Under the pieces are notes generated by a model, which had not been told where the DNA came from, did no database searches, and saw only the letters and a program-made list of their open reading frames with translations. Positions 1 to 13,500 of a DNA stretch of 64,000 nucleotides are shown one piece after another; position 1 is the first letter of the stretch; each line of letters begins with the position of its first letter. Source of the stretch: Azolla caroliniana (taxonomy: Eukaryota; Plantae; Polypodiophyta); contig JBHGNT010000022.1 of NCBI GenBank assembly GCA_043228905.1, positions 10,106,001 to 10,170,000 of the forward strand, written 5' to 3'. Both the position numbers and the translations under genes were made by a program.

Positions 1-2095
1 TTCGGCCGTGGATTGGATATTGAGTGCACGCGAGGGCACCGGCGCCCTCGACAGAGCCATTGAGGCGGTCGTCGGTACGATCGGCCGGTTCAGCGGAAAG
101 GATGCCACGAAGTATTTGGCGTCCTACGGGGCAGAAATGCTGATGCGGGACATTCCGGAAGAGAGGCGTCTTGCCGGGTTTCCTTGAGTGGCGATGCCGA
201 GCATCCATGCGGAGGTGCTCGAGGTGCGGGCGGAGAGCCGTACCTGGGAGGAGTTCGAAGGCCGACTCCTAGAAAAATATAGGCTGGACGACGCGCTCCG
301 GCTTTCGAAACGAGACTTCATGGAATGGGTGGAGTCCCCCAGCAAGGGAAGAAACGCATCGGCACTCCTCCGGGAGTTCGAAGAACGCTTTGCGCGCCTT
401 TCGGCGCTTGACCGAACCGTTCTGGATACGAGCCGGGTCCTACTGTTTGTCAAGTCGGTGGACAAGCGGGACTAGGATCAAGTCGGCTCCTTGCTGGAAA
501 CCGAAGACGGGTTGACGACAGACTGGGCTGCGGTTAAGAGAGTCTGTGGCCGTTTCGACAAACGGCGGGAATGGGCTGACAACGGGGCGGCCGGTGCGGG
601 CTCTGTCACAGCAAGGAGGCTTGAACTGGCACCGCAAGGGCGAAGGGAAGAAACCCGGGAATGGCTCGAAACCGGTTCGTCTTCGACCGGCATGGTCAAT
701 GGCTCGTCTGGAGGAGCAACGTTGGAGGAGTTGACGTGGGCGATAAAGGATCTCCAGATCGTCCAGACTCGAAGGGAAGGCGGTGAACCGGCTCGTGACC
801 GACGGCCGGCAGCAGGGAACAGGTACATGTGGTGCGACGAGGTCGGCCACATTCGGAAGGACTGCGGCGATTTCGCAGAGGCGTTGAGGAACCAGGTGGT
901 GTACCTGTGGCAAGGCCGGGTGCACGTCGGCGACACTAGAAGGGCCTTAAACCGAAACAACGGGCGAGGAGGTATGAAGAGACTGATGGAAGAGGCAGCG
1001 GCCCGACACGTGGAGGCCATCCACTACTCGGCGTCGGCCGGCATTCGGGTCGGGGGCAGCGAGGCCCGAAAGGAGAGCAAAGACGGATTCTGGTCGGCAA
1101 TGCTGGAAGGCCTGGCCGGCGCACAGTTGAGGAAAGACGAAGCGGACCATGCCGAGAGACGGGTCCGGGAAGTAACCGGGTGGAGCGATCCGGTCGAGGA
1201 GAAGACGGGCTTCGTAGAAGCCGCCTGCCGAAACTACGAGGCTCTGGTAGAAGACAAACGAGTGGGGAAAGCCGGAGCGGCCGGGCCCTCACAACGGTAC
1301 GAGACCCGGTTCGGGCAGCGACGGAACGATGCCGGTGGGCCCAGCTCGCAAGATAACCCCAGGAAGGGCGGATACCGATTGGGGACGGAAATAGAAAGGA
1401 CTACGGACCTACGAAAGGTCCTAGAAGAACAGATCCTCGACAGCAAAGTGGAGCTGTCATTGCGGGAGGTGCTAGGGATCGCCAAGAAGGAGTTCCACGA
1501 CTCCATTGTGGACTTGGTGAAACGAAAGAGGCTGTCGACGGAGACGGAACCGGAAAGACCGGTGGAGGTGCGGACGACGCGCATCGACGACATGGCACTG
1601 GAAGATGAGTGGGCGGAGAGCCACTATTCGAGGCCACACTGGGCCCGAGCGACCACGGAGACCCCGGTAAAGATCGGAGATGTTCAGGAACCGGTGGTGC
1701 CACTGGTGGACCATGGTTCGGAAATAAACCTGATGTCCATGGACTTCTATAAGAAGGGAAAATGGCCGATCAACACCAAGCACGGGTGGAAGATACGGGC
1801 GGCGACGCGGGCCACCGAGGAACTGCATGGGGCCTGCCCGAACGTGCGAGTCAAGATCGGCGACGTCGAGATTGACTAGCACTTCTTCGTACAGGAGACG
1901 TCCTCGCACCCGGTCATATTAGGTGAACCATACATCACAGCGGCGCGGATGGAGACCAAGGTGCTAGACAACGGTTCGGCCTACGCGAGGGTCAAAAGCC
2001 AGGACGGGCACCATTCGGTCCAATTTTTGACGGTGCGGCCGAACCACAAGAGAAACCGCGAATCCCTCGGTGGCGAGAACCGGGAGGATTTTTAG
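1..2095 (+). pseudogene. gag: Gag-protease of element A, with in-frame stops
   Basis: ORFs 188-475 and 491-1879 continue in one frame to TAG 2093-2095; degenerate zinc knuckle YMWCDEVGHIRKDC; protease-like LVDHGSEINLM; collinear with Gag-PR of element E. Confidence 0.88.
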
Positions 2096-2152
2096 AGAGG
2101 GCTGCCAAGGCGTGGGGCCGAGACAGCCCGGACACTCGGGAAAGACCCCACG
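2086..2152 (+). other. Predicted -1 ribosomal frameshift signal of A (G GAU UUU plus pseudoknot)
   Basis: Heptamer directly before the Gag-PR stop; pol open in -1 frame; stems 2099-2104/2124-2129 and 2111-2117/2146-2152. Confidence 0.8.
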
Positions 2153-5100
2153 ACTGTACGATAGAACTGAAACCGAAGGAACCCTGTACGATAAGTAGGA
2201 AATTCTGCTTCTCCAACAACAGAGGGTGTATGATAGTCGGCATCGTCGGCCGAGAAAAGACAAGGGCGGAAGTGCGACTTCGAGTGTGCGGAGTTCTCGG
2301 CCCGGACGAGGAAATCAGTGGAGCCGTGGAGGCGGTCTCCTTCGATGACACCTTGGGAATGCTGGGGGAGGTAGCCAGAGAAGACCTTAACGAAGACCGG
2401 ACGATACCGGTATGTTCCGAAGAGATGTACAAAGTCATCGCGAACTTCAGTCGGGGGCTCGGGTCGGATCGGACGGCCTGAGTTAGCACGAAGCACAAGA
2501 CTGTGGACCGGAAGGTAAGGCCCGTCGCGGCACCCTTATCGAAGGGCAGCGAGTCCCGAATCAGAGGGGTTGCGTCGGACCCCAGTTTACGAGATCCGGC
2601 CTGCATAGGACACACCTTCACCGACGGGATGCTCCGGGAGCTCAAGATCGGTGGGGGCGGGTTCCTACTGCCGGCGGAGGAAGACCGGTTTCGGAGAATG
2701 CTCGGAAGGCACGGGAAAGCCTTCGCGTTTTCGCCGGAAGAGATCGGGTGCGTAGACCCGACGATTGTGGAGCCGATGGTGATATTCACGGTACCACATG
2801 TGCCGTGGAATCTCAAGCCGATTCCAGTACCGAGAGCTCACATCCCGAAGTTGATGGAGCTATTGAGGCAAAAAGTCGATATGGGCATTCTCGAACCGTC
2901 GAGTGCCCCATACTCGAACCGATGGTTTACCGTACCAAAGAAAAACGGAACATTGTGCTTCATTCAGGACCTGCAGCCGGTCAACAAAGTGACCATTCGG
3001 AACGCAGGAATCGGACCGACCATAGACGAGTTCGTAGAGGCCTTCGCCGGAAGGTCGATTTACTCGGTCGGTGATCTGTACTCGGGGTACGACCAGTTCC
3101 AGCTAGCCGTGGAGAGCAGAGACATTACGACGATGCGAACTCCCCTCGGCCTGGTGCGAATGTGTACCCTGCCACAAGGAGGGACCAACTCGGTAGCCCA
3201 CATGGTGAATGCAATGAACAAGGTACTGAGGGATTGCATCCCATGCCGTTTCTAGACGACATCCCAATCAAGGGGTGCCCGGTGGAAGAGAAGGACGAGA
3301 CAGTCGGGCCGGACGGATGCCGGCGATTCGTGGCAACACACATCGACGACTGCGAGAAGGTGCTACAAAGGCTAGAGGATGCGAGGCTCACCTTCTCCGG
3401 GGAGAAATCGACCTTCGGGCAATCGGAAATCCTGGTGGTCGGACACCTATGTGGACCATATGGCCGGAAGCCGTCTCCGGCAAAGGTAGAAGCCATCTCC
3501 GCGATGAAGACCGACTGTAGCTCGGTTACGGAAGTTCGGAGGTTCCTGGGGGCATGCGCGTTCTACCACATATGGATCCCGCATTATGCCCACGTTGCGG
3601 AGCCGCTATACGGGTTGTTGAAAAAGGGGCGAAAATTCGAGTGGCGAGACGAGCACACGGAGTCAGTCCGGAAGCTGAAGGAAGCTCTTGCGGCAGCACC
3701 GGCGCTCCGGAAGGCTGTCTACGAGAAGGGTACCCCGGTATACATAACGGTGGATACGAGTCCGACCGGGATCGGATGGGTCGTCAACCAAGAAGATGGG
3801 GACGGCATTCGGTTCCCGATCCGATTTGGCGCGAAGGTCCTCAGTGAGCGACAGCGAGGGTACGCCCAGGTTAAACGCGAACTCTGGGGTATCGTTTCGG
3901 CAGTAAAGGCCGACAAAGACTACCTGATCGGGACGGAAGTGATTATCGAGACGGATTGCCTGCCAATTCTCGGCATGGTTTTCGGATGCGCGACACCGGA
4001 CCTGGCGATGCTCAGGTGGATAGCGTACATCAAGTCCCTGAACCCGGAAATACGGCACATTTCCGGAAAGGACAACGCCATGGCCGACATGCTTTCGAGG
4101 GCGAGGTTTGATGACGAGGGCGGCATGGTTTCGGAGGACGAAGATGTCGGCGTGGACTTCTTCGACGCGGCGTACGTGACGACCGATGGGACGAGCACTC
4201 CGGCACTTAACGACTTCGACAAGAGCAGGTACGACGGCGAGTGGCTCCAGATCGGTGGATTTTTGAGGACAATGACACCGGATGCGTCATGGACGGAGGA
4301 CGAGGCCAACCGGATCCGGAAGAAAGCTTACCGATTCTTTCTCCGGGACGGATACTGATGGAAGCACCCGAAGAAGAGGAACGGCGTCCCGCTCCGGGTG
4401 GTGGCGATGAAGGAAGAACAGGAGGATCTGCTGACGGCCTACCACGACAGCCCCTGGGCTGGACACCGTGGAACGTGGGCCACGTTCGAGAAGATAAAGG
4501 GGAAATACTGGTGGCCGGGACTGTACCGGGACCTGCATCGGTTCGTGACGACTTGCGAGAGCTATCAGATGCACTCCGTAGTCCGACATCGGGACGAGCT
4601 TCACCCTACGTACCCTCCGACCATCCACTTCAAATGGATGGTAGACCTAGTGACGATGCCGATGGGAGTAGGACAGATGCGGTATCTGGTCCTGGCTCGG
4701 GAAGATCTGACGAACCAGGTAGAAGGCCAGGCCCTTCAGAACAAAACGACCGCGGCCGTATGTCGGTTCCTGATTGAGGACGTGATATGCCGGTACGGGT
4801 GCGTCGGGAAGATCGTGGCTGATCGCGGGGAGTTGGACTCCGAAGAGGCCGAGGAGCTGTTCGACCGGCTAGGAGTCAAGCTCTCGCTTACCACTGCGTA
4901 TAATCCGGAGGCGAATGGGAAGGTGGAGCGCGGACACGGGCTGATCGTCAAGGCGTTAGTTCCGGCATGCAGAGGTCAAGTCGGGAACTGGCCGCGGCTG
5001 CTGCCTTACGCGTTGTGGGCGGACCGAACTACTCACAGTTCGGTAACCGGATTCATGCCAGCAGAGCTCATGTTTGGGCAAAAGCCGATCATGCCGATGG

Positions 5101-5579
5101 AACGTACGATCTCCTCATGGGCCACCATGGACTGGAGAGACGAGATGAGCCGGGAGGAACTGTTGACGGCGCGCATACGACAGCTCGAGCGAAGACCGGA
5201 GGACGTGGAGCAGGCTGCGGAAAAGCTTCGGGTGGCCAGGACGAGGAACAAAGCCCGGTTCGACCGGACGCACCGGCTCCGACCGAAGAAGATCGAGGAA
5301 GGCGACTGGGTGCTAGTCTACGACAGCAGCCTCGACAACCAGCACCGAGCGACACAGAAGTTCGCAAGAAGGTGGTTCGGGCCTTACGTGGTACAAAGCG
5401 CCAACGACAACGGAACGTACCATCTGACGGAATTCGACGGTACGAGAATGGCAATACCGGTAGCAAGGAAGCGGATCAAAGCGTTCAAGAAGCGTCACGA
5501 CGACGAGCCGGATCCGGTTGACGTGGACCACGACGACGAACGATCCGAAACCGAGGAAGAACCGACGAGCGGGGAATGA
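2092..5579 (+). pseudogene. pol: Pol (RT-RNase H-integrase) of element A; stops near 2479 and 4356, frameshift near 3240
   Basis: DLYSGYDQF, LPQGGTNS, FLDD (RT); VDTSPTGIG, IETDC (RNase H); HDSPWAGH, VADRGE, YNPEANGKVER (integrase). Confidence 0.95.
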
Positions 5580-5652
5580 AGGCTGGACCGGTTTTCTCCG
5601 TCCCAACTCAATTTGGCGCATGCCGGTGGATGCGTGGTTATGTGGGGGCGGA

Positions 5653-6279
5653 TGTCGTGAAGAAACTCGTCCACAAGTGGAATCGGTGCACCGGAGCGTA
5701 GGAACCGGCTCTTCATACACGTGCGCCTTATGTTGTACATAGAAGATCCTCGGTAGGTAGGAAGTTAATAGGAAACAGCTCCTTCCTTGCCTATAAAAGG
5801 AGGGAGACAAGGAGGGGAGAGGGATCGCGGAGAGTCGAGGACGAAGTGCTGTCAGTTTGCGTGCGAAGGCTTCTCTCTCTCTCTCTGTTTCGCAAACTCC
5901 ATAGCTTCCTTCTGTGCAGGTTTCGGGAGGCTCACACTGCGCTGAGGAATGCCCGAGTGCTTCCGGCAGCACCTCCAACCTGCTCCTGTCTTTCTGTGCG
6001 TTTACGAACAGGCATCGGCATCTGTTCGCCGGCCTGTTCGGTTGTAACCGACTTCGTGTTTTTGTTGCTTCCGTGTTCTTGTTGTTGTCTTTGTTAATAC
6101 ATACATACATTCGTGTCTCTCTATGTCGCTGTCCCACTCGCGTCTTTGTGTCGAAGGGCCGTGTCCCTGTGAATCTACGTTCGCACGTAGTGGGTCTCTT
6201 GTCCTTTCTCTCTTGCTCTTCGGTACAGGACCCCTGAGGTCCCGCCTCATTCCAGGCATCCGCGAGGAAAACCTCGACA
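5653..6279 (+). repeat. 3' LTR of element A (627 bp)
   Basis: Follows the PPT; TGTCG/CGACA inverted termini; TATAAAAG near 5792; followed by ACGT. Confidence 0.85.
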
Positions 6280-7949
6280 ACGTGAAATGTAATATTTTTG
6301 GTCTCATTGGTCATATTTGACCTCCGAAGACGTTAATAGAATCTGTGTATCTATCTCTCACTCTCTCACTCTCTCCTATAGTTCTACACCAATTACTTTC
6401 CATTAGAAATAAATTAGGCACTTAAGTCAAACTGAAATTTACTTTTATAGTTTATGAAAAAAGGAATGATTTTTGTTTTTTGCAATAACATTGTGTTATG
6501 CTATTAATGAACGACATTTAATGTATTGCTATAAGCAAAGAATAATGCTTGACATCTTTGATATTTCTATAGGATTGCTCAAAATTTTAGCATTTTCACA
6601 AAATTGCCAAGCCATGAATTCAGATATTCACACATAGGTGCCAAAAACATCTCCAAACTCATAGGTAAAGAAAATCTAGGATATTTTGGCATCGCAAAAT
6701 AAGCAAAAAATATGCAAGTGCAGGAAAAATGGTTCAAAAGATACAATGTATTTGAGAATTCCAATATGACACAACTTGGAGAAAACAATGAGGAAGCTAA
6801 TCATCCATACAATGTATTATGTATTTTACACAAACTTGAAAACCATGTTCTTATCTTATCAACTAATCACATAAATTTTCTTTTGGGAACACAAGTATTA
6901 TTGTAGTAGGAAGTCTCAAATCGATGTAAAATCTAATAGAAAATAATGAATATACAAAAATATTTATACTAGAAATAAAGTAAAATATCGGATTTGTGTT
7001 GATTAGGTACAACCATAAAGAGATTATCTCAAAAAAACATTGAAGAAATGAAAGTCAATAATAGCTTGTCACCTAAATGTCCAAATGGGTCTTAATGCCC
7101 CGAAACTGATCTAATTGAAAAAAATGGTGAATTGGCACAAAGTGATTAATTTTATAATTTTTATGTAACCTGTAAAATAGGAATGTAGATGACATGTAAA
7201 TGAGGCTTGTACATGACATAGTATGCCCTTATATTCTCACTTAAGATAATTGCATAATAATAATCAATTTGTAGAATGAAGGATTATCCTTGAGCTATTA
7301 AATTCTCAAACATATCAATCTCATATCAAGCACATGTTTCATACCATTGCCTTAAAGCAACACATCATCTAATATTGGACATCCCAAAGAGAGTAATTGA
7401 AGATTTACTAACATTATTGTTGAGATAGTCAAGCTCAACTAGCCTTAAGTGTTTATGTTGTCATGTAACTTAGTAGTTACATGAATAAAATCTAGTTAGA
7501 GTGAAGCCTTAAATAGGAGTTATTCTAGATATCCCCACTACTTGTAAGTAGACTTTACACCCTTAAATGAGATTTTGTACTTACGTCCCCTCTCACTACG
7601 TGGTATATATACCCATTGTAGGCTTTTTTGTAAGGTGATGCTTATTAATACAGGGTGTTGTTGCTCAAGCTACTTCCTTCTCTAAGTCATCCCCCATTAA
7701 GTGTTCTTTAAGTGTAAACCTAATTCCTCTCTTCCACTAATAGCTTGCCTCATCACATGCATGATTAGCTACTTAATAATTAGATATTAACTCACCTACA
7801 ATTGGCTATCTAATTATTTACATGATATCAGAGTGTGTGGTTTAATACATCCACCAAGCTCATCCATCACCTCATGACTATTTGCAAGAGACGACTACGA
7901 ACATTTCGTGCACATGCTCGAAGGAGGAAAACAGAATAAGAAGACATCA

Positions 7950-9000
7950 CATCAACATGAACACGCAAATGGGAGCGCACTCCCTAGTGAGAAGCTAGAT
8001 AGGAGTAATTTTTCATCTTGGGAGTACAAGGTGAACGAATACCTTGTTGGCCAAGGTTACTAGAGTTACATTAAAGGAGCACTCGAAGAGAAACCCGCCC
8101 TTACAAAATGCTAACTATCTCACATGGAGCAAGGAGCGAGCCGCGTAATGTACTACTTGACAACATGTGTTCATGATCACATGCTTAGCCACATTTGAGA
8201 TGCCAAGACTCCTAAGAAATCTTGGGAAAAGCTTAGGAAGATATTTGCTGCCAACACAATTGCCCGGAAGCTTAAACTTCGGTAGGAATTGAACAATATC
8301 CACCAAAAGCACATGTCTATGTCGGATTACACATGTAAGATCAAGAGCATCTCCAACTCACTTAGTTCGATCAACATAAATGTCAAAGAGGATGAGATGG
8401 TGCAAATGTGCTTGGGCGGCCTTGCACAATAGTTTGATCTATTCATGATGGCAATACTGACAAGGGAAAATCCTCCTTTGTTCTTCGACCTCCAATCTAT
8501 GTTATTGGTCGAAGAAACTAAAAACAACACATTTGAAGGACATATGATCTTCTCAAAATCGGATAATGGCTGAGGACGTGGTCAAGCAAGAAGAGGCTGA
8601 TTCAGCCAAGGAAGAGGAGGTAGATTTGACCCGTCACATGAATACCACACGAATTGTCTACAAGAAAGTAAGAGTACTCGTGGAAAATTTGGAAGAAGGT
8701 GGAGCTTTTACGCCGAACGAGGTTGACAAAACAGGCCTGTTAAGTGCTATTATTCTGTGAAGATCGGGCATCATGAAGAGGAGTGTCAGAAGAAAAGAGG
8801 TGAGTCGGCTTCCACAAGCCAGCAACTCACAAACTATGCCACCAACTTTGAATTCGAAGACTATGAAGGAATGTCTATCATGAAGTAGAAAGCAAGCACC
8901 ATGTCGGCATCTGGTTCAACCAACACCTCTAAATCAAAAGAAGTATGGTTCGTTGACTCTGATGCCTCAAATCACATGATGTTCCAAATGGAGTTGTTCA
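7950..9000 (+). pseudogene. gag: Old Copia gag-protease remnant
   Basis: Hand translation through stops: EKLDRSNFSSWEYK..., DAKTPKKSWEKLRKIFAANT, WFVDSDASNHM (Copia protease motif near 8945); no LTRs found. Confidence 0.75.
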
Positions 9001-9652
9001 ACAACCTCCAACTCCCTCTTGGAGGAAACACCATCGATTACTCCTATTGAGCAATCGGATCAAGGTATTGTGGTACGAAGAAGAATTGGGATCAGAACAC
9101 CTTGCGGAAACTGTTATCCGAATCGTTATGGGGTATATGGACTTCCCTATACTCGTGACACGTTCAGTCGGTTATGTAGACCTCCCCAATCAGACGGGGT
9201 GCAATGATAGAACAAGGTAAAGTATTTGCTAGATCGGCTACAACCGATCCTGGAATAGGACTCCTACACATCTAGTACTTATACACCAGACTTAAAAAGA
9301 AAGAACACTTGAGTTGACCACCAGAATGAATATTCAATTAAAGTTCATACACACATAGATACAAGTACCGATTACTATAGGTACCACACTCACTCTCGAC
9401 TTCACTATTCCTTTTTCCTTCGCCTAGTGACTCTCTTGGTCACTTGTAAAACACTCGGTATATATGGTCTTCTATGCTTGGTGTTTTTATAGACATCCCT
9501 TGATACTCAGCTCCTTTTTCTTGGCTGTTACTGCTTGGCTTCCTTTGCTCGTTTCACACTGTGTCCCATCTATCCCACCCGTAAACACCTTGTACGCTCA
9601 TGGGATAGGGCTTTTGGTCGTCGAACCTGAAAATAGAAATAAAACATCACTG

Positions 9653-10480
9653 TAAAAAATGTTGCTCATTCTTCATCGAGTTCTCTGGTTCGGCATCTGT
9701 GGTTCTGTCCCGTTCATAGTGCTCCAAATCGAGGGCGAGTTGTAGCTGCTTGTCCTCGAAGTCTTGGAGGAGCTTCTTGACTTTCTCGCTGTGCGTCTGG
9801 ACGAGGTGGACGAGGGAGGAGAATTCCTCGATGAGGTCTTCTCAGAGTAATTCGATGTTCTTCTCTTCCATTTTGTAAAATCCTTGGCCCTCCTTGCGGT
9901 TCTTGTGATCTGCGTCGAATCTTTGTAATTTAGCTGGGCTTGTGTCGACCATTCCTTCCATCCCTACCATAGACTTTCCTCGATCTTTGAGTACAAGTGT
10001 TGACGATTCTTTGTTAGCAAGGCCTTAATCCGGAAATTTGCCCATTTTTCTTTGTGCTCAAAGCTCTTGTAGTTCTCCTGTGAAGTCGGCCCGGCACGCC
10101 GTACATGGCTTCGATTTGAGCCCGCATTACCTTGAGTTGGTCATAGTAGAGGTCACGTTCTTGCTCTAAATGTCGCGCTAGCCTAGACTCGGCGTCCTCA
10201 ATGGCGTTTTCGGAACATGCGAGCTCGTGTTTGGTACGTCTTAATCTCCTCAATCGCGAATTTGGAGGTCGAGCAACTGTTGTTTGTGGTGTTGGTTGAC
10301 ATCGACCAACAACGACTTGTGCTCTTTCTACAGTTGCCGGTGCCGGTGCCGCTCGTGTTCGTCCCGGAGAACTTGCTTAAATGGTCTTCGATCTTAGCCT
10401 TAAGAAAGTGTTCTAATCTTTTCAGCCATATGGTCTGCTCGCATGCGAAGAGCCACTATGGCTTTGTGCTTCTTCTTTTG
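9653..10480 (-). pseudogene. Degenerate coiled-coil-like reading frame of unknown identity
   Basis: Minus-strand E/K/L/Q-rich fragments broken by a few stops, e.g. EDLIEEFSSLVHLVQTHSEKVKKLLQDFEDKQLQLALDLEHYE and ORF 10014-10253. Confidence 0.45.
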
Positions 10481-10576
10481 TGTCTGCTCTTCGTTAGGCT
10501 CTCTCCAACCACCTTCTTCTTTTCTTTCCTCCTCCTTCATACCCAGTGCTCCTGCCATTCGTTGATCTGGACAACT

Positions 10577-13500
10577 ATGGCACAACACGCACATGGCACA
10601 CCTATTTCTACATCTAATCCATCTACCCCGTCACTCGGTTCGTCCATATCGACACCTAGCCCAAGTTCTTCAACAACGCAAGACGCTACTCCGCTTGCCC
10701 CAACCACTACGATAAGTTACAATCTTGACAAACTCAGAGGCCCCAACTACCTTACATGGGCCACATGGATGCCACTGATGCTCAAACGAGCAGACTTGTG
10801 GAACGTGGTGAGTGGCACAACTAAACCCACCAAAACCAATCACACCGAATGGATGGCAAAAGATCTCCAAGCCCAAGCAGAACTCATGTTCCACCTTGGA
10901 GACCCGCAAGTGCAAATGGTCCGACGTTGCAACACCTCAGCGGAAATTTGGAAGATACTCCGAAGCAGTTATCATCATGAAGATTTGATCATCCAAGTCA
11001 CATCGTTAAAAAAGCTCCTCATTTCCTCCGTCACGGAAAACCAAGAAATCACCAAATTTCTTGATGAATGGCGCATCTTACTCAACAATGCCCTCCTCTT
11101 GGGATTGCAATTGGATTTGAATCTCCAAGCAATGTTACTCCTGGCGGCATTGCCCTCCTCTTGGCAACCGTTTATAACCACTCAAGCATCAATGACAGGC
11201 CTCACCGTCGAATCACTTATGGCACGCATCTGCCAAGAAGAGATCATGTGAAATGGCGCTCATCACTCAAATGCAACATTTTCAACACCGTCAATGCAAT
11301 ATGTGCAACGACAACCTAACTTCAAAAGGGGACCCCCCTTTTGAAGGAACAACAACAACACGCGACCCGCCACCACTTTAACAAAAGATTGTACATATTG
11401 TGGACGCCATGGACATCTTGAACGTGAGTGCTGCACCAAGCGTCGTGAACAACTGAACCAGCCACAACAACAACGTCAACAACCACATGGACGACACCGC
11501 AGAGCACACGTCCAACAACTAAATGTGCTTGAAGTTGGCCAATATGGTATGGAAACATTACAACTATTTACATCATTACTAAATAGTTCCGATTGTCTTT
11601 CCCACACCATAGATATATCCAAATGGCTACTCGACACAGGTGCAACTCACCACATGACACCACAAAAGCATTGGCTTCGCGACTACAAACACCTTTCAAG
11701 TTCCATGCACGTCTACCTCGGGAACAACCAATTCCACACAGCCATCGGGAATCTTCACGTCACCCTACCAAGTGGAGCAAACATCAACATCTACAATGTG
11801 TATCACATCTTGGGTCTTAGCCGGAATATACTTTCGGTTACAACGGCTACCTCAACTGGATCTTCCATTGAGTTCTTCCATGACTCATGTATTATTCACT
11901 TCAAGCTCCCGAATGGACAATTTGAAATTATAAAATTACCTCAAAAGGACCGTTTGTATCCCTTAGCTATATCTATGTCTAATCCTCCCTTTGTAATTGG
12001 TCACACCTCCATTCATTCTCTTCACATGGCTAAAGCCGTGTCCACCCTTATGTGTCACTATACGTTTGTGTCGGCTTGCCGTCCTATCTAAACCCAATAG
12101 AATTGTGTGAAGGTTGCATTTTAGGAAAATCTGGCCACAAAAGTCACCAAACATCTCTCAACAAATCCACACAATTGAACCAACTAGTACACAGTGACCT
12201 TTGTGGAACCATGGAAACGAACTCACTCACAAGCTCCCATTATTTTCTCACTTTCATTGATGATTTTAGCAGGTATACAACATTGTACTTCCTCAAGAAA
12301 ATTTTTGTCGTACTCACATACTTCAAAGAGTATTGCAACCTCGTGGTCCGTCAACATGAGCTTCCAATTCAAGCACTTCGCTCTGACAATGGTAGAGAAT
12401 ATGGCTCAAACGCGTTTGAGGCGTTTTGTAAAGATGAGGGTATCCAACAACAATTCACAGTTCCATACACGCCTCAACAAAATGGTGTGTCCGAACGGAA
12501 GAATCGAACCCTCATTGGTGCCGCTAGAGCCATGCTCCTTACGGCAGGACTACAAAAAACCTATTGGGAAGAGGCGGTCGTGACAACATGTTATGTGCAA
12601 AATAGAGTCCCGCATGCGAACAACCCCAAAACTATACCATATTTTCATTGGTTTGGACTGTAGCCCCATGAAGATCATTCACGTGCTTGTTGGGTCCAAC
12701 TTCTTTCTCAAGTCCAAAGCTTTCACCGAGTACGCTACACATCCAAAGATTTGAAGATGTTGAACATTAGGTGGCCAATTTTGTATCAAAGCATATAGAT
12801 TGTATGATCCGGAACAACGAAAATTTCACCTCGCACACTCAGTCTACTTCGATGAAACCTCTCTCATTAGCCCCCAACAAGAAAGCCGCAATCCCATAAC
12901 ACCATTAACCCCACTATCCACCACACCAACCATTCCACTCACTACTCCAAAAAGACACCCTGAAGTTGAATGGGAAGAATTCTCACAACTCACCCCACAA
13001 CAAACAACCACAAGACCACCAACGTTACATGCCCCCTTACCTACAACACCAAAAGCCCCTCGGTCCCTTGGACAGAAAACCAAATCCCTCCTATTCCCTA
13101 CTTCTACAAATTCACCATCCCCTAATGAAGCCCCCCACTCATTTAGGAATACCACCGCAACCAAACAACCGACCCCTAGTAGACCATTACATACAATTAT
13201 ACCAATAGAATCTATCTATCAACCTTCTCTCCTTGGACCAATCCCCAAGGCTCGTTCTCCCAAAGCTTCAAAAATCCGATCTTTGAAGGAGATCTATGAC
13301 TAGAAAAACATATCCATCCATCACTAGATACCACTATATTTGATCCCTTAGATATATTCTACCAACATATGATCCAAGATCCTTCTGCTGATCATGATCT
13401 TCAATTACTAAATCTTGAATCTTTTGATGATTTTAATATACAGGAAGCACTCTCGTGAACTGAAGCCACTTCATGGCGTGAAGCCATGGACACGGAGTAC

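Larger units (their letters stand above)
1..6279 (+). mobile_element. Gypsy LTR retrotransposon A (non-chromovirus type), 5' part outside window, degenerate
   Basis: Gag, protease, RT, RNase H and integrase fragments in Gypsy order; PPT GTGGGGGCGGA (5642-5652); 3' LTR with TGTCG...CGACA termini; no chromodomain. Confidence 0.95.

Noticed and set aside
5313-6314. 333-aa antisense ORF over the integrase end and LTR of A
   Set aside because: GC-rich shadow frame with no domain and no counterpart in E
6280-7900. Possible host gene or promoter in the AT-rich stretch
   Set aside because: Only short ORFs with no motif; may be decayed repeat but cannot be supported
10217-10576. Hydrophobic N-terminal extension on Copia B Gag (env-like or membrane)
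   Set aside because: It spans the deletion junction; it is the antisense of the flanking ORF plus a pyrimidine-rich leader, and Gag likely starts at 10577
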